DNA of 63,860 nt, filler included. It is 9 parts of 9 records of this genome, joined end to end, with 100 filler letters (N's around TTAATTAATTAA, not from the genome) between each part and the next. Parts side by side here need not be neighbours in the genome. Positions count along the whole stretch, not along the records: positions 1 to 9,678 come from SRR31156797_85218; 8 more parts are not named here. One strand, given 5' to 3'. Within the stretch, counting starts at the first letter, position 1; each line of letters opens with the position of its first letter. The notes under the pieces are model-generated. The model saw nothing but the letters and a program-made list of their open reading frames with translations. It made no database searches and had not been told where the DNA came from. The translations under genes and the position numbers were made by a program. Positions 1 through 9,778 of this stretch are shown in pieces.

Positions 1-1161
1 GACGTCACCGGCGGCATCATCGAGGAACGCGCCGCGGTCGAAAAGCACGGTGGGCGCCTGTTTTTTACCGACGAAGTCACCTTCAGTTCGACCTCGCTGA
101 TCAATCGGCATCTGGCGGTGTTCGAACCGAACCTCGACCAGTATCTGGAAGCACAGCGCGATCAGGGGCTGCTGGACGAGTTGCTGGAACTGCTCGATCG
201 GATTTCCGGGTACCGGGTCTTGATGATCGGCGATGCCATCATCGACGATTACCGCTATGTGTCGGCGATCGGCAAGTCGCCGAAGGAACACATGATCGCG
301 ACCCTGTTCGACAATCGAGAAGTGTTCGCCGGCGGCGTCTTTGCCGCCGCCAACCACGTTGCCGGTTTTTGCAAGGAGATCGAGCTGATCACGACGATCG
401 GCGACGACGCCGAGTACGAGAAGCTGATCCGGGATTCCCTGAAAACGAATGTCCGGCTGCAGGCATTCCGGCGGAACGGAAAACCGACGACCCGCAAAAC
501 CCGATTCATCGACCGCGGTTATCTGCGCAAGATGTTCGAAGTCTACAATATGGACGATACGCCGACGCCGCCCGATATCGAATCGACGATCGATAAATAC
601 GTCCGCGAAAAAGGCGGTGACTTCGACCTCGTCATCGTCACCGATTTCGGCCACGGTCTGATCACGCCGTCATTGATTGCGACGCTGAGAAGTTCGGCAA
701 AATTCCTGGCCGTCAACGCCCAGTCAAACAGCGCCAACATGGGCTACAACCTGATTACCCGGTATCCATCGGCCGACTACATCTGTATCGACATGCCGGA
801 AGCCCGGCTGGCGGTATCGGACCGCCGTTCCGACGTGCACGAGATCGTCGGAGATATCCTGCCCTCGCAGATCGACTGCCCGCGTTTCGTCGTGACCCAT
901 GGCATGAACGGCTGCTTCGGCCATGATCGCGGCCGCGAGACCATCCACATCCCGGCCTTCACGAAAACCGTGGTCGACACGGTCGGTGCCGGCGACGCCT
1001 TCTTTTCGGTGACCGCACCGATCGCCGCCGCCGGCGGCGCCATCGACCGGGTCGCCTTCATCGGCAATGCGGCCGGCGCCATCAAGGTCGGTATCGTCGG
1101 CCATCGTTCGGCCGTCGAGCGGGTCGCCCTGGTTAAATTCCTGAATACGCTGTTGAAATAA
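1..1161 (+). CDS. Bifunctional cytidylyltransferase-family / PfkB sugar kinase (HldE/RfaE-like, nucleotidyltransferase domain first); 5' truncated
   Basis: The frame is open from base 1 (DVTGGIIEERAAVEKHGG...FSSTSLIN, the end of a cytidylyltransferase domain). It continues into the 118..1161 ORF with IGDAIID, AGGVFAAANH, DFGHG and the PfkB signature DTVGAGDAF. Confidence 0.85.
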   Translation, partial: DVTGGIIEERAAVEKHGGRLFFTDEVTFSSTSLINRHLAVFEPNLDQYLEAQRDQGLLDELLELLDRISGYRVLMIGDAIIDDYRYVSAIGKSPKEHMIATLFDNREVFAGGVFAAANHVAGFCKEIELITTIGDDAEYEKLIRDSLKTNVRLQAFRRNGKPTTRKTRFIDRGYLRKMFEVYNMDDTPTPPDIESTIDKYVREKGGDFDLVIVTDFGHGLITPSLIATLRSSAKFLAVNAQSNSANMGYNLITRYPSADYICIDMPEARLAVSDRRSDVHEIVGDILPSQIDCPRFVVTHGMNGCFGHDRGRETIHIPAFTKTVVDTVGAGDAFFSVTAPIAAAGGAIDRVAFIGNAAGAIKVGIVGHRSAVERVALVKFLNTLLK

Positions 1162-1192
1162 GACGGCCCGCAGCGGTCGAGCCCGGACCGGA

Positions 1193-2284
1193 TCAAACGA
1201 AGTTGACGTGTTCCGGCGGGTTTTTCAATTCCCAGAGGAATTCGTTGATTTCGTTCTGGCGGCAGCCGATGCCGCACTGGGTCTGAACGTTGACGTGGTT
1301 GCGGACATATTCCATGACCTCGCGGTAGCGCGCGCCGTAGACGATGTCCTTGAAGGATTGCTCGACGATGCTGCCGATATAGAAGTTTTCATTGCCGAAG
1401 AAATTGCCGCAGCAAAAGACGTCGCCGCGGCCGGTAATCTGCGGCAGGAACATGGTGCCGTAGCAACAGCCGTATGAACGCCCCTTCTTGCCCATCTTCA
1501 GGCGCTTGACGATGACCGAATAACCGTTCGCCGACTGGGCTTCGGCTTCCTGGTAGACCGGCTCGAACTCGTCGTAAGTTTCCAGCCGGTTCCCCTGGAA
1601 GATGTCTTCCTTCTGCGAACATTGTTTGACGACGACGTAGTCGACCCCCAGTTCGCGGCCCAGCTTGGCCAGCGGCACGACCTGATCGATGCATTCGTCG
1701 ATCAGAACCATCTGGATACCGATGGTCGTATCGAGGTCGTTTTGCTTCTTGATCTCGACACATTTGCGGATGTTCCTGACGACTTTTTCGAAGGTCTTTT
1801 CGCGCCCGCCCATGACCTTGAAGTAGCGGTCCGATTCGGCGACGGAAAGGGTGAAGCGGATCCAGGTCAGGGATTCCAGGAATCCCGGCAGACGTTCCGG
1901 CTTCAGCAGCACGCCGTTGGTGGCGATGGCCATGTCCAGCCCGGCCGCCTTGCCGGCCTCGACCGCCTCGAAGACTTCCGGGTGCAGCGTCGGTTCGCCG
2001 TCGCCGAGGAAGCCGATGGCACGCACCCCGATGTCGGCGGCGTCGTTCAAAAACCGAACGAGCGCATCGATGGGGATGCGGTCGTTATTCTTGTTTTCCG
2101 GCACCGCGTAATAACAGTATTTGCAGTCGATGTTGCACGACATGGTGATGCCCATGTCGATATAGAGCGGCGCGATATGATCGCCGTTCGACCATTCCTG
2201 GACCCTGTCGAGGTGCCAGCGAAGTTTGTGGCCGTTCATTTCATAGGGGTCGCGCATCAGCAATTCCCGCCTTTCGTTTGCCAT
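1193..2284 (-). CDS. Radical SAM protein with C-terminal SPASM/twitch domain
   Basis: CxxxCxxC (CNIDCKYC), GDGEPTL, ATNG, and C-terminal Cys cluster (CCYG...CCG...CGIGC). Confidence 0.92.
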   Translation of the reverse strand: MANERRELLMRDPYEMNGHKLRWHLDRVQEWSNGDHIAPLYIDMGITMSCNIDCKYCYYAVPENKNNDRIPIDALVRFLNDAADIGVRAIGFLGDGEPTLHPEVFEAVEAGKAAGLDMAIATNGVLLKPERLPGFLESLTWIRFTLSVAESDRYFKVMGGREKTFEKVVRNIRKCVEIKKQNDLDTTIGIQMVLIDECIDQVVPLAKLGRELGVDYVVVKQCSQKEDIFQGNRLETYDEFEPVYQEAEAQSANGYSVIVKRLKMGKKGRSYGCCYGTMFLPQITGRGDVFCCGNFFGNENFYIGSIVEQSFKDIVYGARYREVMEYVRNHVNVQTQCGIGCRQNEINEFLWELKNPPEHVNFV

Positions 2285-2472
2285 GCCGGTTTATCACGCC
2301 ATTCCCTAATTGAATCTAAATGGGCAAGGGGCCGTTCGGTTCCAATTCAATTCGATCAACCGCTAGCCGACGGGACCGGTCTGGGCGGCGGCTCCGGGCG
2401 ATCGCTTGCCGCAATCGGCGCCGCGGTTTACAGTCCGGCGACTTCTTTGACATCGCGACGGCGCCGATCGCT

Positions 2473-3522
2473 ATGGCTGATACGCAAGGCGGGGGTTGCC
2501 CCGGACAAGGTTATTCGGACGATGAAATCCGCGCCGTCGGCGAGGCCCTGGCGGCACGGACGGTCGAGCGGATTTCGCCGGCCCGGGACGGTGGCAACAA
2601 CCGTATTTTCCGTCTCGACTGCGCCGGCGACTCGTTCGCGCTGAAGTTCTATCCACCGCAGGAGGACGATCGGCGCGACCGGCTGGGGGCCGAATACGCC
2701 GCCATCTCGTTCCTGTCGGCCAACGGCATGGACCGTATTCCCAGGCCTTTCGCCTTCGATGCGAACCGGCACTGCGCCCTTTACGAGTGGATCGAGGGCG
2801 GGCCGGTCGGGGATTTCGACGACGGCGACATCGACGAATTGATCCGATTCCTCGTCGACATCCAGGACCTGCGCGAAACCGCCGGGGCCGCCGATTTAAG
2901 CACCGCTTCGGCCGGGTGCCTGCGCCCCGATGCGGTCGTTCGGCAATTCCGGGACCGGTTGTCCCGGTTCCGGGAAATCGCGCCGGAATTTCCCGATCTG
3001 CGGCAATTCCTCGATCGCCGCCTGTCGCCGGTTGCCGACGATTTGACCGGCTGCCTGCTCGACGATCTGAAGGCCGCCGGCATCGAACCGGATCGCGAAT
3101 TGGCGCGCCGCCGTCTTGCGCTCAGTCCGTCGGATTTCGGATTTCACAACGCCATTCGCCGGCATGACGGCCGCCTTGTCTTCATCGACTTCGAATATTT
3201 CGGCTGGGACGATCCCGGAAAAATGATCGCCGACGTCATGCTGCATCCGGGTATGGATCTGGCAAGCGCCGAGCGGCAGAGGGTGGCGGCCGGGCTGGTT
3301 CCGTATTTCTCCGGCCGCGACGACGGATTTAACCGGCGATTCAGACTTTTCCTGCCAGTATGCGGTTTGATCTGGTGCCTGATTTTGTTGAACGAATATC
3401 TGCCCGAACGGTGGGCGCGGCGCAATCTTTCGGGTCGGGTCGGCGATGCCGATGCCGCCCGCGAGCGCCAACTGGCGAAGGCGGCGCGTATGCTGGACCG
3501 GATCGACGGGGAATTCGGCTGA
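2473..3522 (+). CDS. APH/choline-kinase-like phosphotransferase
   Basis: GGNNRIF, ALKFY, catalytic-loop SPSDFGFHN, and FIDFEYFGWDDP. Start placed at ATG 2473 (uncertain). Confidence 0.8.
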   Translation: MADTQGGGCPGQGYSDDEIRAVGEALAARTVERISPARDGGNNRIFRLDCAGDSFALKFYPPQEDDRRDRLGAEYAAISFLSANGMDRIPRPFAFDANRHCALYEWIEGGPVGDFDDGDIDELIRFLVDIQDLRETAGAADLSTASAGCLRPDAVVRQFRDRLSRFREIAPEFPDLRQFLDRRLSPVADDLTGCLLDDLKAAGIEPDRELARRRLALSPSDFGFHNAIRRHDGRLVFIDFEYFGWDDPGKMIADVMLHPGMDLASAERQRVAAGLVPYFSGRDDGFNRRFRLFLPVCGLIWCLILLNEYLPERWARRNLSGRVGDADAARERQLAKAARMLDRIDGEFG

Positions 3523-3593
3523 TCGTCGAAGGATCGGTCCGCCGGCCCGGATTCGAGTGGCAGAAGCCTTTGATTGAAGCGAGACCCGGAACG

Positions 3594-4700
3594 ATGATGA
3601 AAGTCCGATATTCATATCTTTTGCAGCAGTTCGCGGACCCGGACCCGGTTCTCGACGAGATCCGCAAGCTGGTCTTGAGCGGCGATTTCACCCTGGGCGC
3701 GCCGGTCGCAGAATTCGAAACGCGTTTCGCCGATCTGATCGGCGTCAGGCACGCCATCGGGGTCGGTTCCGGCACCGATGCGCTGAAGCTTCCGTTGAAG
3801 GCGCTGGGCATCGGCCCAGGCGACGAGGTCATCACGGCGGCCAATACCTTCATCGCCACAGTCGGTGCCATCGCCGAAACCGGCGCCCGGCCGGTTCTGG
3901 TCGATTGCGACGACAGTTTCTGTATCGATTGCGACCAAGTGGAAGCGGCGATCACGGCCAGGACGAAGGCGATCATGCCGGTTCATTTGACCGGCGAGGT
4001 CGCCGACATGACGCGCATCGCCGAGATCGCCGAGCGGCATGGCTTGGCCGTCGTCGAGGATTCCTGCCAGGCCATTCTCGGCGAATGGCGGGGCAGGCGG
4101 GCCGGCACCTATGGCATCGCCGCCGGTTTTTCCCTGCATCCCCTGAAGAACCTGAATGTATGGGGCGACGGCGGCGTCGTCGTCACCGACGACGATTACA
4201 TGAATGAACGGCTGCGCCTGATCCGCAACCACGGCATGAAGAACCGCGATGAAATCGCCGTGCTCGGCTGCAATTCCCGGCTCGACAGCGTGCAGGCGGT
4301 CGTCGGCAATTGGTTGATCGGCCAGACCCGGAACATCACCGAGGGCAGGATCGCCAACGGCGCCTATTACGACGCCGCCTTTGCCGGCATCGCCGGTGTT
4401 CAGGTGCCGCCGCGTTCGTCGGCGGTCAAACGGGTTTTCCACCTGTACATGGTTTTCGCCGAAAACCGCGACGCGCTTTACGAGCATTGTCTGGCGCAAG
4501 GCATCGAGGCGAAGATCCACTATCCCATTCCGCTGTATCAGCAGAAAGGGTTGCGGCATTTGGGATATGCGCCCGGAACCTTCCCGGTGACCGACCGCCA
4601 CGCCGCTTCGATCATCAGTTTCCCGGTCGATCAGCACATCAGCCGGACCGAACAGGATGCCGTTATCGACACCGTTCGCGGCTTCTACGAAGGGCGATAG
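3594..4700 (+). CDS. DegT/DnrJ/EryC1/StrS-family PLP sugar aminotransferase
   Basis: SGTDAL, GPGDEVIT, MPVHLTG, EDSCQA, and PLP-lysine motif FSLHPLKNLNVWGDGG. Confidence 0.93.
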   Translation: MMKVRYSYLLQQFADPDPVLDEIRKLVLSGDFTLGAPVAEFETRFADLIGVRHAIGVGSGTDALKLPLKALGIGPGDEVITAANTFIATVGAIAETGARPVLVDCDDSFCIDCDQVEAAITARTKAIMPVHLTGEVADMTRIAEIAERHGLAVVEDSCQAILGEWRGRRAGTYGIAAGFSLHPLKNLNVWGDGGVVVTDDDYMNERLRLIRNHGMKNRDEIAVLGCNSRLDSVQAVVGNWLIGQTRNITEGRIANGAYYDAAFAGIAGVQVPPRSSAVKRVFHLYMVFAENRDALYEHCLAQGIEAKIHYPIPLYQQKGLRHLGYAPGTFPVTDRHAASIISFPVDQHISRTEQDAVIDTVRGFYEGR

Positions 4701-4706
4701 AAGGCG

Positions 4707-5813
4707 ATGCGAAGCGTACCCTATGTGAATTTGCGCGCCCAATCGGCTGAGGATAGGCAGGCGGTCCTGGGTATTCTCGAGGATATCCTGGCCGACAGTC
4801 AATTCATCGACGGCGCCGCCGTTGCCGCATTCGAACAGGCCATGGCCGCCTATCTGGGGATCAAGCACGTCGTCGCTGTCGATTCCGGCACCGATGCGCT
4901 GATCATTGCCATGCGGGCCCTTGGCATCGGACCCGGAGACGAGGTCATCACGCCGCCTAATTCCTTCATCGCCTCGACCGCGGCCATCGTCGAAATCGGG
5001 GCCACCCCCGTATTCGCCGATATTCGCGACGACGGAAACATCGATCCCGATGCCGTTGCCGCGGCGATTACTTCGAAAACGGCAGCGATCATGCCGGTTC
5101 ATTTGACCGGCCGGGTCGCCGACATGAAGGCGCTTGGAAAAATCGCCGAAAATCGCGGCATTCCCATCGTCGAAGACGCGGCCCAGTCGATCGGATCGCG
5201 ATACGACGGCCGGCTTGGCGGCACCTTCGGCAAGGTCGGGTGTTTTTCCGCCCATCCCCTGAAGAACGTCAATGCCGCTGGCGATGCCGGATTTTTGGCG
5301 TCGAACGACGATGCGGTTGCCGATTTCGCCAGGCTGTATCGCAACATCGGCATGGCCAATCGCGAAACCGTGGTTTTGTGGGGCCGGGTGTCGCGCATGG
5401 ATACTTTGCAGGCGGCGATCCTGTGCCACCGGCTGAACGGGCTTCCGGCGGTGATCGAGCGGCGCCGCGCCAATGCCGAACGCTATCGCCAAAAGATTTC
5501 GGCGCCGCAGGTTCAACTGCCGGTTTGCCGGGATATCGAATTCAATACATTCCACGTTTTCGTGATCCAGGCACAGGAACGCAACGCCCTGGCCGAACAT
5601 CTGCACAAGAACGGAATCCTTACCGCCATTCACTATCCGGTTCCGATCCACCTGCAGCCGGTATGCCGGCCGTTCGGCTGCAGGGAAGGCGACTATCCGG
5701 TTTGCGAGGCGCAGGCCAAGCAGATCCTGAGTCTGCCGATCCACCAGTTCCTGACCGATGACGATATCGACTACGTCGCCGGCCACATCAATTCCTTCTA
5801 CGGATCGAAGTGA
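4707..5813 (+). CDS. DegT/DnrJ/EryC1/StrS-family PLP sugar aminotransferase (second paralogue)
   Basis: SGTDAL, EDAAQSIG, FSAHPLKNVNAAGDAG, IHYPVPIHLQP. Confidence 0.93.
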   Translation: MRSVPYVNLRAQSAEDRQAVLGILEDILADSQFIDGAAVAAFEQAMAAYLGIKHVVAVDSGTDALIIAMRALGIGPGDEVITPPNSFIASTAAIVEIGATPVFADIRDDGNIDPDAVAAAITSKTAAIMPVHLTGRVADMKALGKIAENRGIPIVEDAAQSIGSRYDGRLGGTFGKVGCFSAHPLKNVNAAGDAGFLASNDDAVADFARLYRNIGMANRETVVLWGRVSRMDTLQAAILCHRLNGLPAVIERRRANAERYRQKISAPQVQLPVCRDIEFNTFHVFVIQAQERNALAEHLHKNGILTAIHYPVPIHLQPVCRPFGCREGDYPVCEAQAKQILSLPIHQFLTDDDIDYVAGHINSFYGSK

Positions 5814-5821
5814 GGCCGGAG

Positions 5822-6667
5822 ATGAGCAAGAAAATCCTTTTGTTCGGCCATACCGGCAAGATGGGCTCGGCCTTGTCCCGCGCCTTCGCCGCCGATTACG
5901 ACATCGTCGGGGTCAATTCGTCCGACATCGACGTCCGGGATACGCAAGCCGTCCGGGCCCTGGTCGAACGAACCGAGCCCGACATAATCGTCAACGCGGT
6001 CGCCCGTTTGGGCATCGATCATTGCGAACAGAATGCCACCGAAGTTTTCCGGATCAACGCCCTGTTCCCGGGCGTGATTGCCGCCTGCGCCCGCGACGCC
6101 GGCGCGGTCCTGGTCCATCTTAGCAGCGAAACCGTATTCAGCGGCGCCAAGGGGGACTATCTGAGCGAAGAGGACGTGCCCGATCCGATCAACACCTATG
6201 GGGTATCGAAGTACATGTCGGAACTGACGGTCAGGGACAGCCGTGCCCATCACTACACCTTCCGTCTTCCCGTCCTGTTCGGCGCCTGCCGGAAACGCGA
6301 CCATCTGGTCGAACGCATGATCGACCGGGTGCGCGGCGGCGAGACCCGTCTACGGATGGCCGACGACATCGTCACTTCGCCGACATATTCGCAGGACGCC
6401 GCCGATGCGATATTCAAGGCGGTCGCGGCAGGCGTGCCGTTCGGGCTCTATCATGTATCCAATTCGGGCAAGGCGTCGTTGTATGATCTGATGTGCGAAA
6501 CGGTGCGGATTCTGAACCTCGATGCGATTGTCGAACCGGCCTCGCACGAGGATTTTCCGTCGCTCGGCGCAAAAAACACGATCACGCCCTTGCGGCAGAC
6601 AAAGTTGCCGGAATTAAGGAGTTGGAAAGCGGCTTTGGCCGACTATTGCAGCCTGGAGAATGAGTGA
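5822..6667 (+). CDS. RmlD/RfbD-like NDP-4-keto-sugar reductase (extended SDR)
   Basis: GHTGKMG Rossmann motif, LVHLSSETVFSG, PINTYGVSK (YxxxK), SPTY. Confidence 0.85.
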   Translation: MSKKILLFGHTGKMGSALSRAFAADYDIVGVNSSDIDVRDTQAVRALVERTEPDIIVNAVARLGIDHCEQNATEVFRINALFPGVIAACARDAGAVLVHLSSETVFSGAKGDYLSEEDVPDPINTYGVSKYMSELTVRDSRAHHYTFRLPVLFGACRKRDHLVERMIDRVRGGETRLRMADDIVTSPTYSQDAADAIFKAVAAGVPFGLYHVSNSGKASLYDLMCETVRILNLDAIVEPASHEDFPSLGAKNTITPLRQTKLPELRSWKAALADYCSLENE

Positions 6668-6874
6668 CTTCGGTCACCCGAGGTATTCGGGGGTTCGGTG
6701 CCGGATATGTCGATAATAAGAATGTGGTTTTTTCCGGTTCCCGGGTTCCCATATACTTTCAATGGGTGACCGTTCTTGGGAAACGGCACCTTCGGAACCG
6801 CGGGGACGCTCAGAACGGGCATTGTCCGGTTTCGATGGGATGGGTGACTTGGATGTGCAGAAGGAGAGTCCAAC

Positions 6875-8266
6875 ATGTCGCACGCGCTTCCCGAACTGAT
6901 TAGGGGCGCCCTTAAAACGCTTCCCGACCCCGCCACGGGCATCGATATTGTCAGCAACGGGATGGTCACGGAGATCGCCGTAAACGGCGATCACGTCAGT
7001 TTTGCCATCGAAGTTGCCGCCGAGAAGGCGGTCGAGATGGAGCCCGTTCGCCGCCAGGCCGAATTGCTGGTTTGCGGACTTGACGGGATTTCATCGGCGA
7101 CCGTCGCCCTGACGGCGCAGAAGATGCCGGGGATTGCGCAATCGGCGACGTTGTTGAAGAAGCAGACGGACTCGGCTTCGATCGATACCTACCGCATGAA
7201 CGGCGACAAGATGAATTGGCATCTTGACCGCGTCAACGACTGGAGCAAAGGCAAGCGCGTCGCCCCGATCCATATCGACGTCGGGCTGAGCAAGGGCTGC
7301 AACATTCGCTGCCACTATTGTTACGGCGTCACCCAGGGCAATTTCTTCAAGAAAGGCGCGGAACGGTATTTCCCGCGCGACGCCCTGCTTTCCTACATGC
7401 GTGATGCCGGTGAAATCGGCGTTCGGTCGATGGCCCTGATCGGCGAGGCCGAACCGACGCTGAACCCGCATCTCTACGAGGCGATTGCGGCCGGGCGCCA
7501 TGCCGGGGTCGATATATCGCTGGGGACCAACGGCATTCTTCTCGATACCGGCCGGGTCGGCGAAGAAGCTCTGGAAAATCTGACCTGGATCCGTTTCAAC
7601 ATCAGCGCCGCCACCGACTATTCCTACCGCCGTGTCCATGCCAGCAAAGAGTTCGATACCGCCGTCGAGAAGATCAAATTCTGTGTCGATACCAAGCGGC
7701 GGAACAACCTGTCGACGACTGTCGGCCTGCAAATGGTGTTGACGCCGAAGAACGTCGACCAATGTATTCCGCTGGCCAAGTTGGGGCGCGATCTCGGCGT
7801 CGACTATCTTGTCATCAAGCAATGCAGCGATACGGTCGACAACGATATCGGCGTCTTCGAGATCCTGGATCAATACAAGGATTATTCGGAAATCCTGCAG
7901 GAGGCCGAAACCTATTCCAACGACGACTACAAGGTCATCGTCAAATGGGACAAGATCCTGAACGAGGGCAAGCGGGAATACGACAACTGCCTCGGCGCGC
8001 CCTTCCTTCTGTATTCCAGCGGCGACGGAAAAATCTATCCCTGCGGCATGTGGTTCGATTCGCGTGAGGACGAGTTCCGGCTGGGCGATCTGACCGAAAT
8101 GTCGTTCAAGCAGATTTTCGAAAGCGACCGGTATTGGGAAGTAATATCCAGGCAGGCCTGCACGGTCGACGTCCATAAGGAATGCTATTCCAACTGCCGG
8201 ACCCACAAGATCAACGACTTCCTGCTAAAAACCAAACAGGTGCCGGACCACGTGAATTTCATCTGA
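6875..8266 (+). CDS. Radical SAM/SPASM protein with N-terminal DUF59 (FeS_assembly_P, Mrp-type) domain
   Basis: N-terminal ALKTLPDPATGIDIVSNGMV...VSFAIEV...MEPVRRQAE...TVALTA; CNIRCHYC; GEAEPTL; SPASM cysteines; AAGGAG RBS upstream. Confidence 0.88.
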   Translation: MSHALPELIRGALKTLPDPATGIDIVSNGMVTEIAVNGDHVSFAIEVAAEKAVEMEPVRRQAELLVCGLDGISSATVALTAQKMPGIAQSATLLKKQTDSASIDTYRMNGDKMNWHLDRVNDWSKGKRVAPIHIDVGLSKGCNIRCHYCYGVTQGNFFKKGAERYFPRDALLSYMRDAGEIGVRSMALIGEAEPTLNPHLYEAIAAGRHAGVDISLGTNGILLDTGRVGEEALENLTWIRFNISAATDYSYRRVHASKEFDTAVEKIKFCVDTKRRNNLSTTVGLQMVLTPKNVDQCIPLAKLGRDLGVDYLVIKQCSDTVDNDIGVFEILDQYKDYSEILQEAETYSNDDYKVIVKWDKILNEGKREYDNCLGAPFLLYSSGDGKIYPCGMWFDSREDEFRLGDLTEMSFKQIFESDRYWEVISRQACTVDVHKECYSNCRTHKINDFLLKTKQVPDHVNFI

Positions 8267-8436
8267 TCTGTTTCGGCGCGCGCGTGTGAGAAATCGCGGC
8301 GATACACCGGCGTCGACGGGTTGGGTTTCGGCGCTTGAAATGATTTCCTTGACGCGGTGCGGTCGCGGTCCCACAAAATGAGCCCGTTACGGACGGCGGG
8401 AAATTCCCGTCGACGGCTCGGAAACCGGGCAGGGCA

Positions 8437-9537
8437 ATGACTGAATCGTGCCTTCGATCGATCGATGCGGTGCTCTCGGCCTTTGCGGTCGATGCGCATA
8501 CGTCCATGCGCCAGGTTCTTGGCGTGATCGATGCAAACGGCGAAGGTGTGGCGCTTGTGCTCGACCCGGCCCGTCGGTTGCTCGGTATCGTGACCGACGG
8601 CGACATCAGGCGGGCCATTCTGGCCGAATCCAATTTCGAAGCCCCGGTCTCCGAGTTTCTCGACCGCAAAACCGGCATCGCCGCCGGGCCGGCCTTGACG
8701 GCTCCGGTCGATATGCCCGAAACCGAACTTGTCCGGTTAATGAACGTCAGGTTGGTCCGGCACCTGCCGCTTGTCGATAAGGCCGGCCGCATTGCCGGTT
8801 TGGCATTGTTGAGCGAACTGGCAAAGGAAAGCCGGTTGCCGATCCACGCGGTTGTCATGGCCGGCGGCTTCGGCCAGCGTCTGCACCCCCTGACCGACGA
8901 TTTGCCAAAACCCCTTCTGCCGGTCGGCGACAAACCGGTGATCGAGCGCATTGTCGGGCAGTTGCGGGATTCGGGAATCCGCCGGGTCAATGTGACGACC
9001 CACTATCACGCCGACAAGATCGAAAAGCATTTGGGCGACGGCAACGCCTACGGCATCGAAGTGGCCTATACCCACGAGACCGAACCGCGCGGGACGGCCG
9101 GCGCCCTGTCGGAGCTGCGAGGTGGCGACGAGCCTGTTCTTGTCGTCAACGGCGATATTCTGACGGCGGTCGATTTCCGGGCCATGCTGAATTTCCATCG
9201 CGAGCATGGATCCGACATCACCGTCGGTGTCCGCAAATACGAAGTGGCCGTTCCTTTCGGTGTTTTCGAGGTCAACGGCGCCCGGGTCGAGGGGTTGACC
9301 GAAAAGCCGACCTATTCGCTTTTCATCAATGCCGGGATCTATCTTCTGGAACCGGCGGTACTCGATCTGATTCCCGACACCGACCGGTCCGATATGACCG
9401 ACTTGATTCAACTCCTGATGGATCGCGACGGCATCGTGACCAGTTTTCCCATTCACGAATACTGGTTGGATATCGGACAATTGCAGGATTACATGCGGGC
9501 GCAGGCCGATGCAGCGGCAGGGAAATTCGACGGATGA
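8437..9537 (+). CDS. CBS-domain sugar-phosphate nucleotidyltransferase (PtmE/LegX-like)
   Basis: CBS pair (GIVTDGDIRRAIL), then VVMAGGFGQRLHPLT..PKPLLPV, VNGDIL, INAGIY, EYWLDIG. Confidence 0.9.
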   Translation: MTESCLRSIDAVLSAFAVDAHTSMRQVLGVIDANGEGVALVLDPARRLLGIVTDGDIRRAILAESNFEAPVSEFLDRKTGIAAGPALTAPVDMPETELVRLMNVRLVRHLPLVDKAGRIAGLALLSELAKESRLPIHAVVMAGGFGQRLHPLTDDLPKPLLPVGDKPVIERIVGQLRDSGIRRVNVTTHYHADKIEKHLGDGNAYGIEVAYTHETEPRGTAGALSELRGGDEPVLVVNGDILTAVDFRAMLNFHREHGSDITVGVRKYEVAVPFGVFEVNGARVEGLTEKPTYSLFINAGIYLLEPAVLDLIPDTDRSDMTDLIQLLMDRDGIVTSFPIHEYWLDIGQLQDYMRAQADAAAGKFDG

Positions 9538-9678
9538 CCTGGCAGGGAAAAAAAGTGTTGGTGACCGGCGCCGATGGATTCATCGGCAGCCACCTGGTCG
9601 AAAGGCTGGTCGAGGAGGGCGCCGACGTTCGCGCTTTTGTTTATTACAACGCCTTTGGCCGCTGGGGATGGCTGGACG
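9534..9678 (+). CDS. NAD-dependent NDP-sugar 4,6-dehydratase (LegB-like), 3' truncated
   Basis: VLVTGADGFIGSHLVE...VRAFVYYNAFGRWGWLD. ATGA overlap with the upstream gene. Confidence 0.8.
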
Positions 9679-9778
9679 NNNNNNNNNNNNNNNNNNNNNN
9701 NNNNNNNNNNNNNNNNNNNNNNTTAATTAATTAANNNNNNNNNNNNNNNNNNNNNNNNNNNNNNNNNNNNNNNNNNNN
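9679..9778. other. Artificial contig spacer
   Basis: 44 N + TTAATTAATTAA (stops in all six frames) + 44 N. Confidence 0.99.

Noticed and set aside
2473-3522. APH-family gene as an aminoglycoside resistance determinant
   Set aside because: It is embedded in a sugar-biosynthesis operon and only fold-level motifs are shared; a biosynthetic kinase is more plausible.
3612-5786. 724-aa antisense ORF (also 1622-2644, 7091-8206, 27377-28828, 31295-32473, 36884-37807 and 59441-60262)
   Set aside because: Shadow ORFs opposite well-supported genes in GC-rich DNA, with no recognisable motifs.
9723-9734. TTAATTAATTAA palindrome recurring eight times
   Set aside because: Synthetic six-frame stop linker inside N-runs; not biological.
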